From positions 17,252-81,251 of the forward strand of contig VMGJ01000003.1 of the NCBI GenBank assembly GCA_007376485.1: DNA of 64,000 bases, in the 5' to 3' direction. This stretch comes from Parcubacteria group bacterium Licking1014_17 (GTDB taxonomy: Bacteria > Patescibacteriota > Minisyncoccia > 2-02-FULL-40-12 > IGHO2-01-FULL-4-A). A program made the position numbers and the translations under genes. Below the pieces are notes generated by a model, which worked only from the letters and a program-made list of their open reading frames with translations, made no database searches and was not told the DNA's origin. Below are positions 11,334-21,195 of the stretch, piece after piece; the first letter of the stretch is position 1; each line of letters opens with the position of its first letter.

Positions 11334-13062
11334 CGTCGCCGTTAATGACGACAGTTTTATTATCGCCGGTAATTTTTTTAAGCGTGTCGACGAGCGTTGA
11401 CTTGCCCACGCCTGAGTCTCCAGCTATTGCGATAAGAAAACGCTCTCTGGTCTTTTGAAAAATCTGGTTGCTTTGCATTCCCATCTTATAGGACCAAGCT
11501 AGTAGGACGGCCACGGAAATTTCTAGAGCTGTGAAAAAAATATTTTCCACGATAAATCCTTTGTTCCCGAGAATTTCAAACAAAGTTAGACCGCGCAGAA
11601 ATGAAGGTACCACTGATCTCAAGCTTTCAAATACATCTGAATTTTTCGTGAATGAGAAGAAAAGAATGAAAAAAACATTTACTACGGCAAAACTTATGAT
11701 CGGCGCTTTTTTAAATTTAATAATAAAGAAAACTAAAAACGGAAGCGCCCAGTAATACCATCCGGGCATGGGAGGAACCAGCACAATAAGCGCAGTATAG
11801 GTCAAACCAATGGCTAATATAAGTGAGTCTGAATTTAATTTCTTATAAGAGCCAAATTTGTATATTATCAGAAGAATTGCAGCTGGAACGACAAATAGCG
11901 TTACGTCTCTAAAATAGAAGGGTATAGCCAGAGAAAATATCCTTTGCTGTTCCGGATTATTGAAAACCATGTTTAAAAATCCACCTGAAAGTAAATATGG
12001 ATTCAAAGCCACAAAAGTTAGAAATGAAGCTACCAAATATGATGCCATTTTGGAAAAGCGAACCCCGTTCCGGTAGAGATAGATCAGGTAAAATGGCAAA
12101 GCAGCAATGACGTGTGTTTTTGCCGCAATGCCCAAGCCAAGAATAATAAAAGATAGCAGCTGTTTTTTTCGCACCAAAAAAATTATGGAGAGCATGAGAA
12201 GCGCCGTCGGTATGACGTCTAGTTGGCCATGGAAGTAGTTTATGAAAAATAAAATCGGCGAAGCATAATAAATCCACAAAATCTTTTTTCCATGGGTCGG
12301 AAGCAACGAGCACAAAGATAAGTAGATCAAAACATCAAAAACTAAAATGGGAACCCTCAAAAGAAAAAGCTCCAAATTCAGATTATTGAGCCAGTCAAAT
12401 GGCAATAATTGTTTAGCTGCAATTAGCGGCAATCCCTCAAAAATAAGCATGCCTGAAGGATATGGAAATGGCGTCACAGACAAGGCGTTGAAATATTCGT
12501 ATGGGTTTTTAAAGGTGGCCGCAAAATAATTAATGAAAGGTATAAACCCATTTATTATATAGTGCGAGCCAAATAAAGTTCCGCTAATCAACTTGATTGC
12601 GGAAATAATCCAAAAAGAAATACCAAGATAAGGAACAAATTTCAAAACCCTATCTCGGGATGCATGATTAAAAATCAGATATTTGAGCCCGAAGAAATTA
12701 CTCAAGGTGGAAAAGCAAATTCCGAAAATATTGGCTATAAGAGGGTGCAGTCCGAATTTGACAAGCACACCCAAAACAACAACACTTAGGACCAGGGATG
12801 AAATATAAACTCCTGTATAAAGAATTAATTCAGTGGCTCTGCGTTTAATTACGGGCTGAAATGTCCATCTTCTATTGAGTAGGTATCCAAAAACTAAGCC
12901 ACTGACATATCCGACAACCGTAGCCAAATAGTAATTGACAGAAAAAATTTGAAGGAGCAAAAAAAATAGCCCGTAATTAATAACAGTGCTTAAAGATCCA
13001 ACAACAATAAACCTAGTAAATTGATTGTTTTTTAAACGCATAAACGTCCCAATCGGGCTCAT
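11266..13062 (-). CDS. N-terminal part of a frameshifted gene: GtrA-like domain + large polytopic membrane domain + Walker-A region of a PRK/uridine-kinase-family kinase
   Basis: The N-terminus (FIVVGSLSTVINYGLFFLL...RRWTF) is GtrA-like. About 12 TM helices follow. The C-terminal IAIAGDSGVGKST is a near-exact match to the phosphoribulokinase/uridine kinase P-loop. The ORF stops at 11266. Confidence 0.6.
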   Translation of the reverse strand: MSPIGTFMRLKNNQFTRFIVVGSLSTVINYGLFFLLLQIFSVNYYLATVVGYVSGLVFGYLLNRRWTFQPVIKRRATELILYTGVYISSLVLSVVVLGVLVKFGLHPLIANIFGICFSTLSNFFGLKYLIFNHASRDRVLKFVPYLGISFWIISAIKLISGTLFGSHYIINGFIPFINYFAATFKNPYEYFNALSVTPFPYPSGMLIFEGLPLIAAKQLLPFDWLNNLNLELFLLRVPILVFDVLIYLSLCSLLPTHGKKILWIYYASPILFFINYFHGQLDVIPTALLMLSIIFLVRKKQLLSFIILGLGIAAKTHVIAALPFYLIYLYRNGVRFSKMASYLVASFLTFVALNPYLLSGGFLNMVFNNPEQQRIFSLAIPFYFRDVTLFVVPAAILLIIYKFGSYKKLNSDSLILAIGLTYTALIVLVPPMPGWYYWALPFLVFFIIKFKKAPIISFAVVNVFFILFFSFTKNSDVFESLRSVVPSFLRGLTLFEILGNKGFIVENIFFTALEISVAVLLAWSYKMGMQSNQIFQKTRERFLIAIAGDSGVGKSTLVDTLKKITGDNKTVVINGDDVHRWERSDPHWQDITHLDPQG

Positions 13063-13069
13063 GTCCGAA

Positions 13070-14113
13070 TCAGTTTATGATCTTATTTTCTCGGATGAAT
13101 TTCTTTATTTCTTCCGGCGAAAGAAGAGATTTGTGCGAATAATGTGCTTTGTGGTTGGTCTTGCCTGGTCTTCCAATTTTATAACGGGGCAATTTTTGAT
13201 ATGGAGCGAGTTGCGGAAGAATCACCAGCATATCTTTAGTCTCTATAATATTGCCAGATTCGTGCTCGGCAAAAAGACTTTCGTGTATTTTTTCACCTGC
13301 TCTCATACCGGTAAGAATAACCTTAGGTCTATTTTTAAGACCACGGATTTTTACATATTCATCAATCAGTGAATTAGCTAAATCTTCTATTTTAACAGCC
13401 TTCATTTTGAAGACAAAAATTTCGCCTCCTTGCATTAAGTGAGTTGCATTGACTATTAGCTCAACGGCTTTATTCATTGGCATGAAAAATCTGGTTATCT
13501 CAGGCGAAGTAACAAAAACAGGTCCGCCTTTTTTAATTTGATCTAAAAACAAAGGGATCACAGAACCATTAGACATTATAACATTGCCAAATCTAACACT
13601 AGAAAAAACTGGAAATTTGCGCCCCTTATGAAAATTAGCGGCCGTAATTATTTTTTCTCCCAGTAGTTTTGAAGCGCCTAGCGTTCCCGTCGGATTCACG
13701 GCTTTGTCGGTACTAATATACACAACTCTCTCTACATTGTTATGGATAGCAGCATCGATAACATTTTGAGTTCCCAATACATTAACCTTAACTGCTTCAA
13801 ACGGATTGTATTCACAAAATGGTACATGCTTGTAGGCTGCTGTGTGATAAATGATATTTACTCCCTCAGCCGATCTTCTAATACGATCGGCATCGCGTAC
13901 ATCACCAAGAATAAATCTAAATTTTTCGTCTCTTGTTTTTTTATCTAGACTCTGCTCGAATTTAAAAAGAGAGAATTCGTGAATATCTAATATTCTTATT
14001 GCCTTTGGTTTATATTTTAAGACTTCTAATGCAAGTGCGCCACCAATAGAACCGGCTCCCCCAGTTATAAGTATATTCTTGCCTTTTATGATTTTTTTAG
14101 CATCCTTAACCAT
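13070..14113 (-). CDS. UDP-GlcNAc 4,6-dehydratase-like (PseB/CapD/FlaA1 family) short-chain dehydrogenase
   Basis: ILITGGAGSIG Rossmann motif and YISTDKAVNPTGTLGASKLLGEK matching the CapD/PseB family. First gene of the nonulosonic-acid cluster. Confidence 0.75.
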   Translation of the reverse strand: MVKDAKKIIKGKNILITGGAGSIGGALALEVLKYKPKAIRILDIHEFSLFKFEQSLDKKTRDEKFRFILGDVRDADRIRRSAEGVNIIYHTAAYKHVPFCEYNPFEAVKVNVLGTQNVIDAAIHNNVERVVYISTDKAVNPTGTLGASKLLGEKIITAANFHKGRKFPVFSSVRFGNVIMSNGSVIPLFLDQIKKGGPVFVTSPEITRFFMPMNKAVELIVNATHLMQGGEIFVFKMKAVKIEDLANSLIDEYVKIRGLKNRPKVILTGMRAGEKIHESLFAEHESGNIIETKDMLVILPQLAPYQKLPRYKIGRPGKTNHKAHYSHKSLLSPEEIKKFIRENKIIN

Positions 14114-14823
14114 TTGTTGTGGAATTTATTTCTGTTTCTATAGATAATTTCGGCATTTATAAAGTCATTAATATCGTCCAGATCCAACGATTGCCATCTG
14201 TCCATGATATATGGCCTAATCCTCGCTTTTAAAAAAGAACGCGTTTTTATAAAAACCTCGCGCGATATCAGATATATTGCAGAGCCATTGAGTCGGTATG
14301 TAGCCTGCAATGATTGTCTGTTGGTCTTTCTTATCCAATTCTTATTAAACAAAATATCAATAAAACCATCCTTGATCCCATAAAGCAATTGTTCCGTCGA
14401 ACACATAGAGACTACTCCATCACAATCACCACTATTTAAAATATTTATACAATTGTCAATATCTCTGGAGGTTCTAAGCGGCGAGGTTGTCTGAAGCAAT
14501 AAAATGTAATCTGGAATATAATTCTCGTCCCTTTTCAGTTTTTCTATAAGATGAAGGATTGTATCAACAATAGGACTGGAGTCGGTTGCTAACTCCTTTG
14601 GCCTCAAAAATGGCACCTCAGCATTAAAGCGCCTCGCTATCTTGGCATACTCCTCACTATCTGTTGAAACAATCAGCCTATCTATGTGCCTAGATTTTAA
14701 CGCCTCACTAATGGTGTAATAAATAAGTGGCTTACCGCAAAAACTTTTTATATTCTTATCTTTTATCCCCTTACTGCCACTACGGGCGGGAATAATTGCC
14801 AGAACTTTTTTATTCTTTACCAT
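14086..14823 (-). CDS. CMP-nonulosonic acid synthetase (acylneuraminate/pseudaminate cytidylyltransferase family)
   Basis: N-terminal LAIIPARSGSKGIKDKNIK...GKPLI is the CMP-NeuAc/CMP-Kdo synthetase signature. Confidence 0.7.
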   Translation of the reverse strand: MVKNKKVLAIIPARSGSKGIKDKNIKSFCGKPLIYYTISEALKSRHIDRLIVSTDSEEYAKIARRFNAEVPFLRPKELATDSSPIVDTILHLIEKLKRDENYIPDYILLLQTTSPLRTSRDIDNCINILNSGDCDGVVSMCSTEQLLYGIKDGFIDILFNKNWIRKTNRQSLQATYRLNGSAIYLISREVFIKTRSFLKARIRPYIMDRWQSLDLDDINDFINAEIIYRNRNKFHNKWLRMLKKS

Positions 14824-14827
14824 AATT

Positions 14828-16153
14828 CTAGTTATATTTCTGGAAAACGCCTTTCACTGTCGGTCCTATAAGTTCTTTTTCCAATTTGTCATCGGAGATA
14901 GCCACAGCCAGCTTGGATAGCGCCTGATCGAAAACTTTCAATGTATCCGAAATTTCCTTTCTCTTGTGTGAAAAGGAGACGGCGAAATAACCCTGGAACA
15001 AAATATTTCTACTGACAATTTCCTGCAGAAAAACAGTTCTTATCAACGCTGAAGATTCACCCTTCTTGTCAAAAAAACCCATGCTCAGGTTCGGCGGAAA
15101 CCCAAATACCTTGACGTGATTTTCTATGCCGCGTTTAGCAATCAATTTTTGCAGGCCATTCTGAAGGAGTTTGCCCATTTTCCAAAAATGGTCGGTAACA
15201 CGTTTATTCTTCATTTCTTCTATAGTCGCCATACCTGCGGCCAAAGAAATAGTTTCGGCGCCATGGGTGGTTGAGATAAGAAAAACTTTCGGCGATTTTT
15301 TCTGAATTATTCCCCCAAGTTCCATTATATCTCTGCGTCCGGCAAGTACGGCCAAAGAATAGCCATTGGCAATGCCCTTCCCATATGTTGAGAGGTCTGG
15401 TTTTATGCCAAAATATTTTTGAGCACCGCCTAATCCCCATCTGAATCCGGTTATCATTTCATCAAGAATAAAAACAGCTCTGTTGGCATGGCATAAGTTC
15501 TGTACGGATTTGAGAAAATTATCCCGGGGCGGTTCTGAGGTGGCTGCCTCCATGATTACGCAAGCAATTTTGTTTCTATAGTCGTTGAAAAGTTTTTCTA
15601 AAGTACTAATGTCGTTATACCTGAAACATAGGGTGAGTTTTCTAATTTCCTCCGGGACGCCACTGTCACAGGCCGTGGTTCCGATAAACCAATCGTCATA
15701 ACTGAAGAAAGGGTGGTCTTTGCAAAATGCGATATATTTTCTGCCCGTGTGGGCGCGGGCAAGCTTTATTGCGGCCGTGGTTACGGTTGATCCATTTTTG
15801 GCAAATTTTACCATCTGTGTAGCCGGCAACACTTTTATCAGGTAATCGGCAAGTTCAAATTCAATCGCATGGGGACGACCAAAGTTAGTACCTTCTTTCA
15901 TTTGTCTTGAAACGGCATCGTTGACTTTTTTATAACAGTGGCCCAAAGAAACAGAACGCAAACCCATGCACCAGTCCAGATATTTCTTTCCGTTTTCGTC
16001 CCAGACATAAGCACCGGCTCCTTTAATAATTACCTTCGGAGCATTTGCGGGAAACTGATCATCACCCTTGGAATAAGTATGCGCCGCACCGGGAATAAGC
16101 CGATGTCGTTTATCAATAAGTTTTTTTAACTTTGATTTGTTCATAGCGACCAT
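14828..16153 (-). CDS. class III (GSA-aminomutase-like) PLP-dependent aminotransferase
   Basis: DEMITGFRWGLGGAQ...STYGKGIANG pattern of class III aminotransferases. Confidence 0.65.
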   Translation of the reverse strand: MVAMNKSKLKKLIDKRHRLIPGAAHTYSKGDDQFPANAPKVIIKGAGAYVWDENGKKYLDWCMGLRSVSLGHCYKKVNDAVSRQMKEGTNFGRPHAIEFELADYLIKVLPATQMVKFAKNGSTVTTAAIKLARAHTGRKYIAFCKDHPFFSYDDWFIGTTACDSGVPEEIRKLTLCFRYNDISTLEKLFNDYRNKIACVIMEAATSEPPRDNFLKSVQNLCHANRAVFILDEMITGFRWGLGGAQKYFGIKPDLSTYGKGIANGYSLAVLAGRRDIMELGGIIQKKSPKVFLISTTHGAETISLAAGMATIEEMKNKRVTDHFWKMGKLLQNGLQKLIAKRGIENHVKVFGFPPNLSMGFFDKKGESSALIRTVFLQEIVSRNILFQGYFAVSFSHKRKEISDTLKVFDQALSKLAVAISDDKLEKELIGPTVKGVFQKYN

Positions 16154-16935
16154 TATAAAGCGGTCCAGCCGCCATCCACAATAAGATTATGACCAGTAAC
16201 ATAGCTTGAAGCATCAGACATTAGGAATATTAACGCTCCACATATGTCGCCTGTTTTAGCCATACGGCCCAATGGTGTTTTTTTTGAATAATTTTCCACG
16301 AATTTTTTATCTTGTCCGGCGTATATTCCTCCCGGAGTTATGGTATTGGCTCTTACACCATACCTGCCGAAAGTCGTTGCCAGATAACGTGTAAAATTAA
16401 TCAGTCCCCCTTTCTGGAAACAATAATACTCCGGACAATTAATCTTATCATCGGGGTAAATTGACTGATCGGGTCCTACAACACCATAAATTGAAGCGAT
16501 ATTTATCACGCAACCGCTTCTTTGTTTTTTCATAATTTCCAAAGTTTTTTGAGTAATCAGAAAAACACCGTTAATATTTACATCAGTTGTTTTCTTGAAA
16601 TCGTCTAGGTCTCGCTTTAAAAAATCGGAAACAGGAGCTCGGAGAACGGCATTATTAACTAAGCCATCAATGCGGCCGAATTTTTCAAGGAAATTACGTA
16701 AACAACTTTGAACAGATTCCGGTTTGGTTATATCCAATTTGAGCATTGCGACCTGGCGATCGTATTTACTGAATTTACTTCTTGCTTTTGAAAGTAATTT
16801 GGGATCAATATCGGCGATACCCACATTTGCGCCGCTTTCAAGGAGAGCTTCGGCGAAAACAACGCCCAAAAGACCTGCCCCGCCAGTTACAATAATGCTT
16901 TTATCTTTGAGTAAAAACGATTTCTGGTTAAACAT
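16153..16935 (-). CDS. SDR-family oxidoreductase
   Basis: VTGGAGLLG Rossmann motif, NNA..., and a catalytic Y/K region (IYAGQ). Confidence 0.65.
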   Translation of the reverse strand: MFNQKSFLLKDKSIIVTGGAGLLGVVFAEALLESGANVGIADIDPKLLSKARSKFSKYDRQVAMLKLDITKPESVQSCLRNFLEKFGRIDGLVNNAVLRAPVSDFLKRDLDDFKKTTDVNINGVFLITQKTLEIMKKQRSGCVINIASIYGVVGPDQSIYPDDKINCPEYYCFQKGGLINFTRYLATTFGRYGVRANTITPGGIYAGQDKKFVENYSKKTPLGRMAKTGDICGALIFLMSDASSYVTGHNLIVDGGWTAL

Positions 16936-16946
16936 ATAGGCGTTTA

Positions 16947-18056
16947 TTATAGCATTTTAAATAGCTCTCGGCAAATATACTTAACATCATCCTTGGAAAT
17001 ACCAATGTAAAAAGGAAGTGCGATTGAACCGTTGCTTATTTTCTCAGAAACCGGAAAATCGCCGCGCTTGAAATTAAAACTTTTCCTATAAAAACTGAAC
17101 AGATGAATCGACGGAAAGTAAGTTTTGGCATGAACCCCCGCCTTGTCCAGATTTTTTATTATCTCATCCCTTTGCTTGCGATTTTTGTTGACGGTTATCA
17201 CATATACAAACCAAGAATGATCCCTGCCGGGACCGATTACTGGCGGATTAATGACGTCAGAATCTTTTAGAAATTCGTTGTACCAGCCGGCAATTTCTTT
17301 TTTCTTGTTTATCAGAAAATTTATCTTTTTGATTTGTGAAACTCCAAGCGCAGCACTCATTTCATCAAGTCTGTAGTTATATCCGAGATATTTATGATCA
17401 AGCCAACCCATGTTTGCCGCCCGACCCTGGTTTCTCAAACTGCAGCACAATGCATGAATGCGCTTATTGTCGGTGACGATAATTCCGCCTTCTCCGGTGG
17501 TCATTTGTTTATTTGGATAAAAGGCAAAGACAGCAACGTTGCCAAAAGTTCCGGCTTTTTTTCCGTGATATTTCGCTCCAATACTCTCACAGGCGTCCTC
17601 TATTATTTTTAGTTTATATTTCCTCGCAATTTTAATAATGCGGCCCATGTCGGCAGTTTGACCAAAAACATGTACAACTAGAATTGCCTTGGTTTTGGAA
17701 GTTATCTTTGATTCTATTTTTTCCGGGTCAATGTTAAAGGTTACAGGCTCAATGTCCACAAAAACTGGCTTGGCACCAACATATAAAATAGCATTTGACG
17801 AAGCCACAAAAGAAAATGGGGTCGTAATAACTTCGTCGCCAGCACCGATTCCTATAGTGATTAATGCTAAATGTAGACCGGCCGTACCGCTATTTACGGC
17901 ACATGCGTGCTCGGTCCCGATAAAATCGGCAAATTTTTTCTCAAATTCAACAACCTTGGGACCGATACTTAAATAAGGAGTGTCTAAAACGCTCAGAACC
18001 GACCTTTTGTCGTCTTCGTCTATAAAGGGCCGAGCTATTGGATAGGTTTTTTTCAT
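16947..18056 (-). CDS. DegT/DnrJ/EryC1/StrS-family sugar aminotransferase (PseC-like)
   Basis: Typical DegT family features: a VNSGTAGLHLAL-type motif, HVFGQ..D and IIEDACESIGA. Confidence 0.75.
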   Translation of the reverse strand: MKKTYPIARPFIDEDDKRSVLSVLDTPYLSIGPKVVEFEKKFADFIGTEHACAVNSGTAGLHLALITIGIGAGDEVITTPFSFVASSNAILYVGAKPVFVDIEPVTFNIDPEKIESKITSKTKAILVVHVFGQTADMGRIIKIARKYKLKIIEDACESIGAKYHGKKAGTFGNVAVFAFYPNKQMTTGEGGIIVTDNKRIHALCCSLRNQGRAANMGWLDHKYLGYNYRLDEMSAALGVSQIKKINFLINKKKEIAGWYNEFLKDSDVINPPVIGPGRDHSWFVYVITVNKNRKQRDEIIKNLDKAGVHAKTYFPSIHLFSFYRKSFNFKRGDFPVSEKISNGSIALPFYIGISKDDVKYICRELFKML

Positions 18057-18100
18057 TTTTTGATTATTGAAAGGCCCGGAATTGACCGAGCCTGAAGGTA

Positions 18101-18520
18101 CTATTTCTTAATTTTCTTTACGACTTTGGCTGGCACGCCGAAAGCTATGACGTTACCAGGAATGTCGTGATTGACAAAGCTAAAGGCGCCAACGACCGAA
18201 TTTTTGCCGACGGTGACGCCAGGCATTATAACGCTATGGGAACCGATTCTGCAACCGGCCCCGAGCGTTACTCTGCCTTGCTTGTGATCAATGGTGGAAA
18301 CCGAATAAACGGAACAGTGCGAACCGATTTCTACCCCTTCACCTATCTCAACGCCATGTAAGGCGTTAATGTAGGTAAATGCGCCGATGTCGGTATTTTT
18401 TCCCAGCTTTAAATTTTCCGGGTGTTGGACCATCCAGTTCCACTTGGTAAGTCTGCCATGCTTAATTTCTGGCATTTTCCAGTTGTGAAATCTGGGTTTT
18501 TGAGTTTTTTTCTCTGTCAT
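18101..18520 (-). CDS. hexapeptide-repeat (LbH) sugar N-acetyltransferase
   Basis: Repeated [LIV]G..xx[IV] hexapeptides (IGAFTYINALHGVEIGEGVEIGSHCSV...). Confidence 0.65.
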   Translation of the reverse strand: MTEKKTQKPRFHNWKMPEIKHGRLTKWNWMVQHPENLKLGKNTDIGAFTYINALHGVEIGEGVEIGSHCSVYSVSTIDHKQGRVTLGAGCRIGSHSVIMPGVTVGKNSVVGAFSFVNHDIPGNVIAFGVPAKVVKKIKK

Positions 18521-18534
18521 GATTCTCCTTTCGT

Positions 18535-19188
18535 TTATTTCCTATAACACTTTAACAATTCAAATGATTCAGCAAACTTGAAACCCGATTCTGATGCTCT
18601 TTTTTCCGCCAAGGCTTTAATTGCCCTCAACGACCGCGGGTGAGGATATGTCATTAATTCGCTTTTGTAAGCTTTCATGGCCTTGATTTTATATTTTAAC
18701 GTATCGCTTATGTCTTCAAAAACATTTGCCCTAAAAGAGCCCATTCCCCATTCGGTTTCGGATAGTGTTTCATAGGTATAAATTTCTTCAACCGAACATT
18801 TCCCTATCGGCCGTGTAGCGACAAGACAGGCTTCATAAACAAGCCGATGATCGAAATGCAAATCATCACGATGAGGAATATAAATTGCTTTTGGCACAAA
18901 ATTTTTGATTATTTCCTTTATTTTAAAATTAAGATCTTTTTTGGGAATGGAATCTAATTTGGCCGCCGGAAAACCAAGAAAATATTTTTCCGCAACACCT
19001 AATACAAAACAGGCTCTTGTGATTTCCTTTTCCTTATTTTTTATATACGCAGCCGTCCATTCCGGTTCATATGCCTGGGTGACAAAACAGACGCGTATTT
19101 CGTCGCCCTTACTAGCTCTTTTTTTAATAGTACCGCCGCAACCGAGAACCTCATCGTCGGCATGGGGAGCCACAATTAAGATTTTCAT
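18535..19188 (-). CDS. PIG-L/LmbE-family deacetylase
   Basis: N-terminal ILIVAPHADDEVLGCGGTI and HRDDLHFDH motifs of the LmbE family. Confidence 0.65.
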   Translation of the reverse strand: MKILIVAPHADDEVLGCGGTIKKRASKGDEIRVCFVTQAYEPEWTAAYIKNKEKEITRACFVLGVAEKYFLGFPAAKLDSIPKKDLNFKIKEIIKNFVPKAIYIPHRDDLHFDHRLVYEACLVATRPIGKCSVEEIYTYETLSETEWGMGSFRANVFEDISDTLKYKIKAMKAYKSELMTYPHPRSLRAIKALAEKRASESGFKFAESFELLKCYRK

Positions 19189-19259
19189 TTATCGTTGGGT
19201 TGGATGCTAAATGCCTCAGCAAGATAACATGCCTATAAAAATAGTCAATCGTATTGGAA

Positions 19260-20429
19260 CTAGTAGGTTATGGCCTTTTTGAGCAAATTCGGTGTCAAAG
19301 AAAAATTACTAAGTATGCGTGCAATTTTTTCGCCGGTGCCACCTTTGCCATAGGGATTTCTGCAATTTTTGACTTTCCGCAGATATGTTTTGTCAAAAAT
19401 ACATTTTCTGATCGCTGTGACTATTTTTCTTCTATCATGTGGAACGTCAATCACATTAGAGGATCTTTCGCGGCCTTTTTGGCGTATTCCAATATTGACC
19501 ACCGGAAGGTGAAACACAGAGGTCTCAATGATGCCGCTGGAAGAATTACCAGCCATAACATTGACTAAATTCATCAAACTTAAATAGTCAGTTCTTGGAA
19601 TACTTTTGTATGTCTTAAGAAAGGGGTATTTGGCGGTATATTTTTCCAATACTTTGATCATGGCTCGCCCGCCGGCATCGGCATTCGGATATATAATTAC
19701 CGACTGGTAACCCAAAAACACCAATGCTTTCAGGGTTTCTTCCATCTGTTTGCCTGCCATTTTCAGTTCGGTGGTCACTGGATGTTGGATCACAAGAATC
19801 GCCGGCTCCGCCGGATTCAAATTATATTTTTTGAAAATTTCATCCGGTGATATCAATTTCTCATCTTGAATAAAATCAAGACCCGGAGCACCAACCATAA
19901 AGACCCTGTCTTTTTCTTCGCCCATTTTAATTATCCTTTTCCTGCTGTTCTCTGTAGCAGGAAAATGTATATGAGCAAGCTTTGTTATCGTGTGTCTGAT
20001 AACTTCATCTACATTTCTGTTCTTATCCCCTCCGTGTATATGGGCAACGGGTATGTTCGAATATACACTAGCAATTGATGAAGCAAACGCTTCAACTCTA
20101 TCGCCAAGCACTAAAACAACATCGGGTTTAATCTTTTTAAAAGCATCTACCAGGCCCAAAATACCAACACCAACCGATTTGGCCATGCTTTCTGCAGAAT
20201 CATCCACTGGCGTCATCTTAACCGTCGCATTTATATTAAAGCCATCCTTATTTATTTCTTGAAAAGTTGACCCAAATTCAGACTCCAGGTGCATACCACA
20301 GGCCACAATTGCCAAGTCGAGCTTGCTATTTTTAGCGATTGCTTTCATTGTCGAACTCAAAAGACCGTATTCTGCTCGACTACCGGTTACAATGCATATT
20401 CTTCTTTTCTTGTTTTTATTTTTCATCAT
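19260..20429 (-). CDS. neuC: UDP-N-acetylglucosamine 2-epimerase (NeuC/WecB family; likely the hydrolysing NeuC type)
   Basis: ICIVTGSRAEYGLL, GDRVEAFA and HIHGGD motifs characteristic of UDP-GlcNAc 2-epimerases. Confidence 0.7.
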   Translation of the reverse strand: MMKNKNKKRRICIVTGSRAEYGLLSSTMKAIAKNSKLDLAIVACGMHLESEFGSTFQEINKDGFNINATVKMTPVDDSAESMAKSVGVGILGLVDAFKKIKPDVVLVLGDRVEAFASSIASVYSNIPVAHIHGGDKNRNVDEVIRHTITKLAHIHFPATENSRKRIIKMGEEKDRVFMVGAPGLDFIQDEKLISPDEIFKKYNLNPAEPAILVIQHPVTTELKMAGKQMEETLKALVFLGYQSVIIYPNADAGGRAMIKVLEKYTAKYPFLKTYKSIPRTDYLSLMNLVNVMAGNSSSGIIETSVFHLPVVNIGIRQKGRERSSNVIDVPHDRRKIVTAIRKCIFDKTYLRKVKNCRNPYGKGGTGEKIARILSNFSLTPNLLKKAITY

Positions 20430-21192
20430 TTTTTACAATATCGGCATCCCAAATAATTATTTTTTTGTCATCTCTTACAATATAGGCGCCCTTATAGGGC
20501 CTGGCAAGAGCCCTAATTTTCGCATAGATCAACTCGGGCGCATCTTCGCTTTTTATTTCATTGTCGGAAAATTTTCTCTTTGGAAAAAGAGTTGCCCTTT
20601 TTTCATTCTGGGCAATTCTGGGAGCTTTGCCTTCGGTTAGAAGCGGCAAGTATTTTCTTACAAGTTTATGGCCACTGGCAATTACTTTATCATATACATC
20701 GCCGGCAAAATCGTTTGCTTCAATAATAAACTTCTCCTGACCTATTATGTCACCGGCATCAACTTTGGTTGACAAGTAAAACATTGATAAACCCGATTTT
20801 TTAACACCGCATAGAATGCTGTTTATTATAGGAGCTGGTCCCCGGCCATAGGGCAGAAGGGTGGGATGAAAACCGACAACTCCCTTTGGCGGCAAGTTTA
20901 ACAATGAGTCCGAGATGATTTGTCGCCAACCACAAGCCACAATTAAATCTGGAGCAAGTTTTTTTATCTTGTCTATATTTTCATTGATATTATCCACTCT
21001 TATTATTGGAATTTTGAAACGATTCCATTCTTTAAATGGGACACTATCGTACATAACCGTTTTACTGTCTTCTTTTAAAGTAACTATAGCAACAATTCGA
21101 ATATCCCTTATTAAAATCGCCGACTCAAGCAACTCAATGCCAAGTTTATTTGCCGACATCCAAATAATTTTCATTTTTTTACCTTTTTGCAT
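20416..21192 (-). CDS. formyltransferase-family protein (Fmt/PurN-like N-domain)
   Basis: KIIWMSAN...VVGFHPTLLPYGRGPAPI resembles the formyl-transferase catalytic domain. Confidence 0.55.
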   Translation of the reverse strand: MQKGKKMKIIWMSANKLGIELLESAILIRDIRIVAIVTLKEDSKTVMYDSVPFKEWNRFKIPIIRVDNINENIDKIKKLAPDLIVACGWRQIISDSLLNLPPKGVVGFHPTLLPYGRGPAPIINSILCGVKKSGLSMFYLSTKVDAGDIIGQEKFIIEANDFAGDVYDKVIASGHKLVRKYLPLLTEGKAPRIAQNEKRATLFPKRKFSDNEIKSEDAPELIYAKIRALARPYKGAYIVRDDKKIIIWDADIVKNDEK

Positions 21193-21195
21193 ATT

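Larger units (their letters stand above)
10587..13062 (-). pseudogene. frameshift-split GtrA–membrane–PRK-like kinase fusion gene (authentic frameshift or homopolymer sequencing error)
   Basis: The two ORFs overlap by 68 nt in different frames. The domain is continuous across a 5-G homopolymer. Confidence 0.5.
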
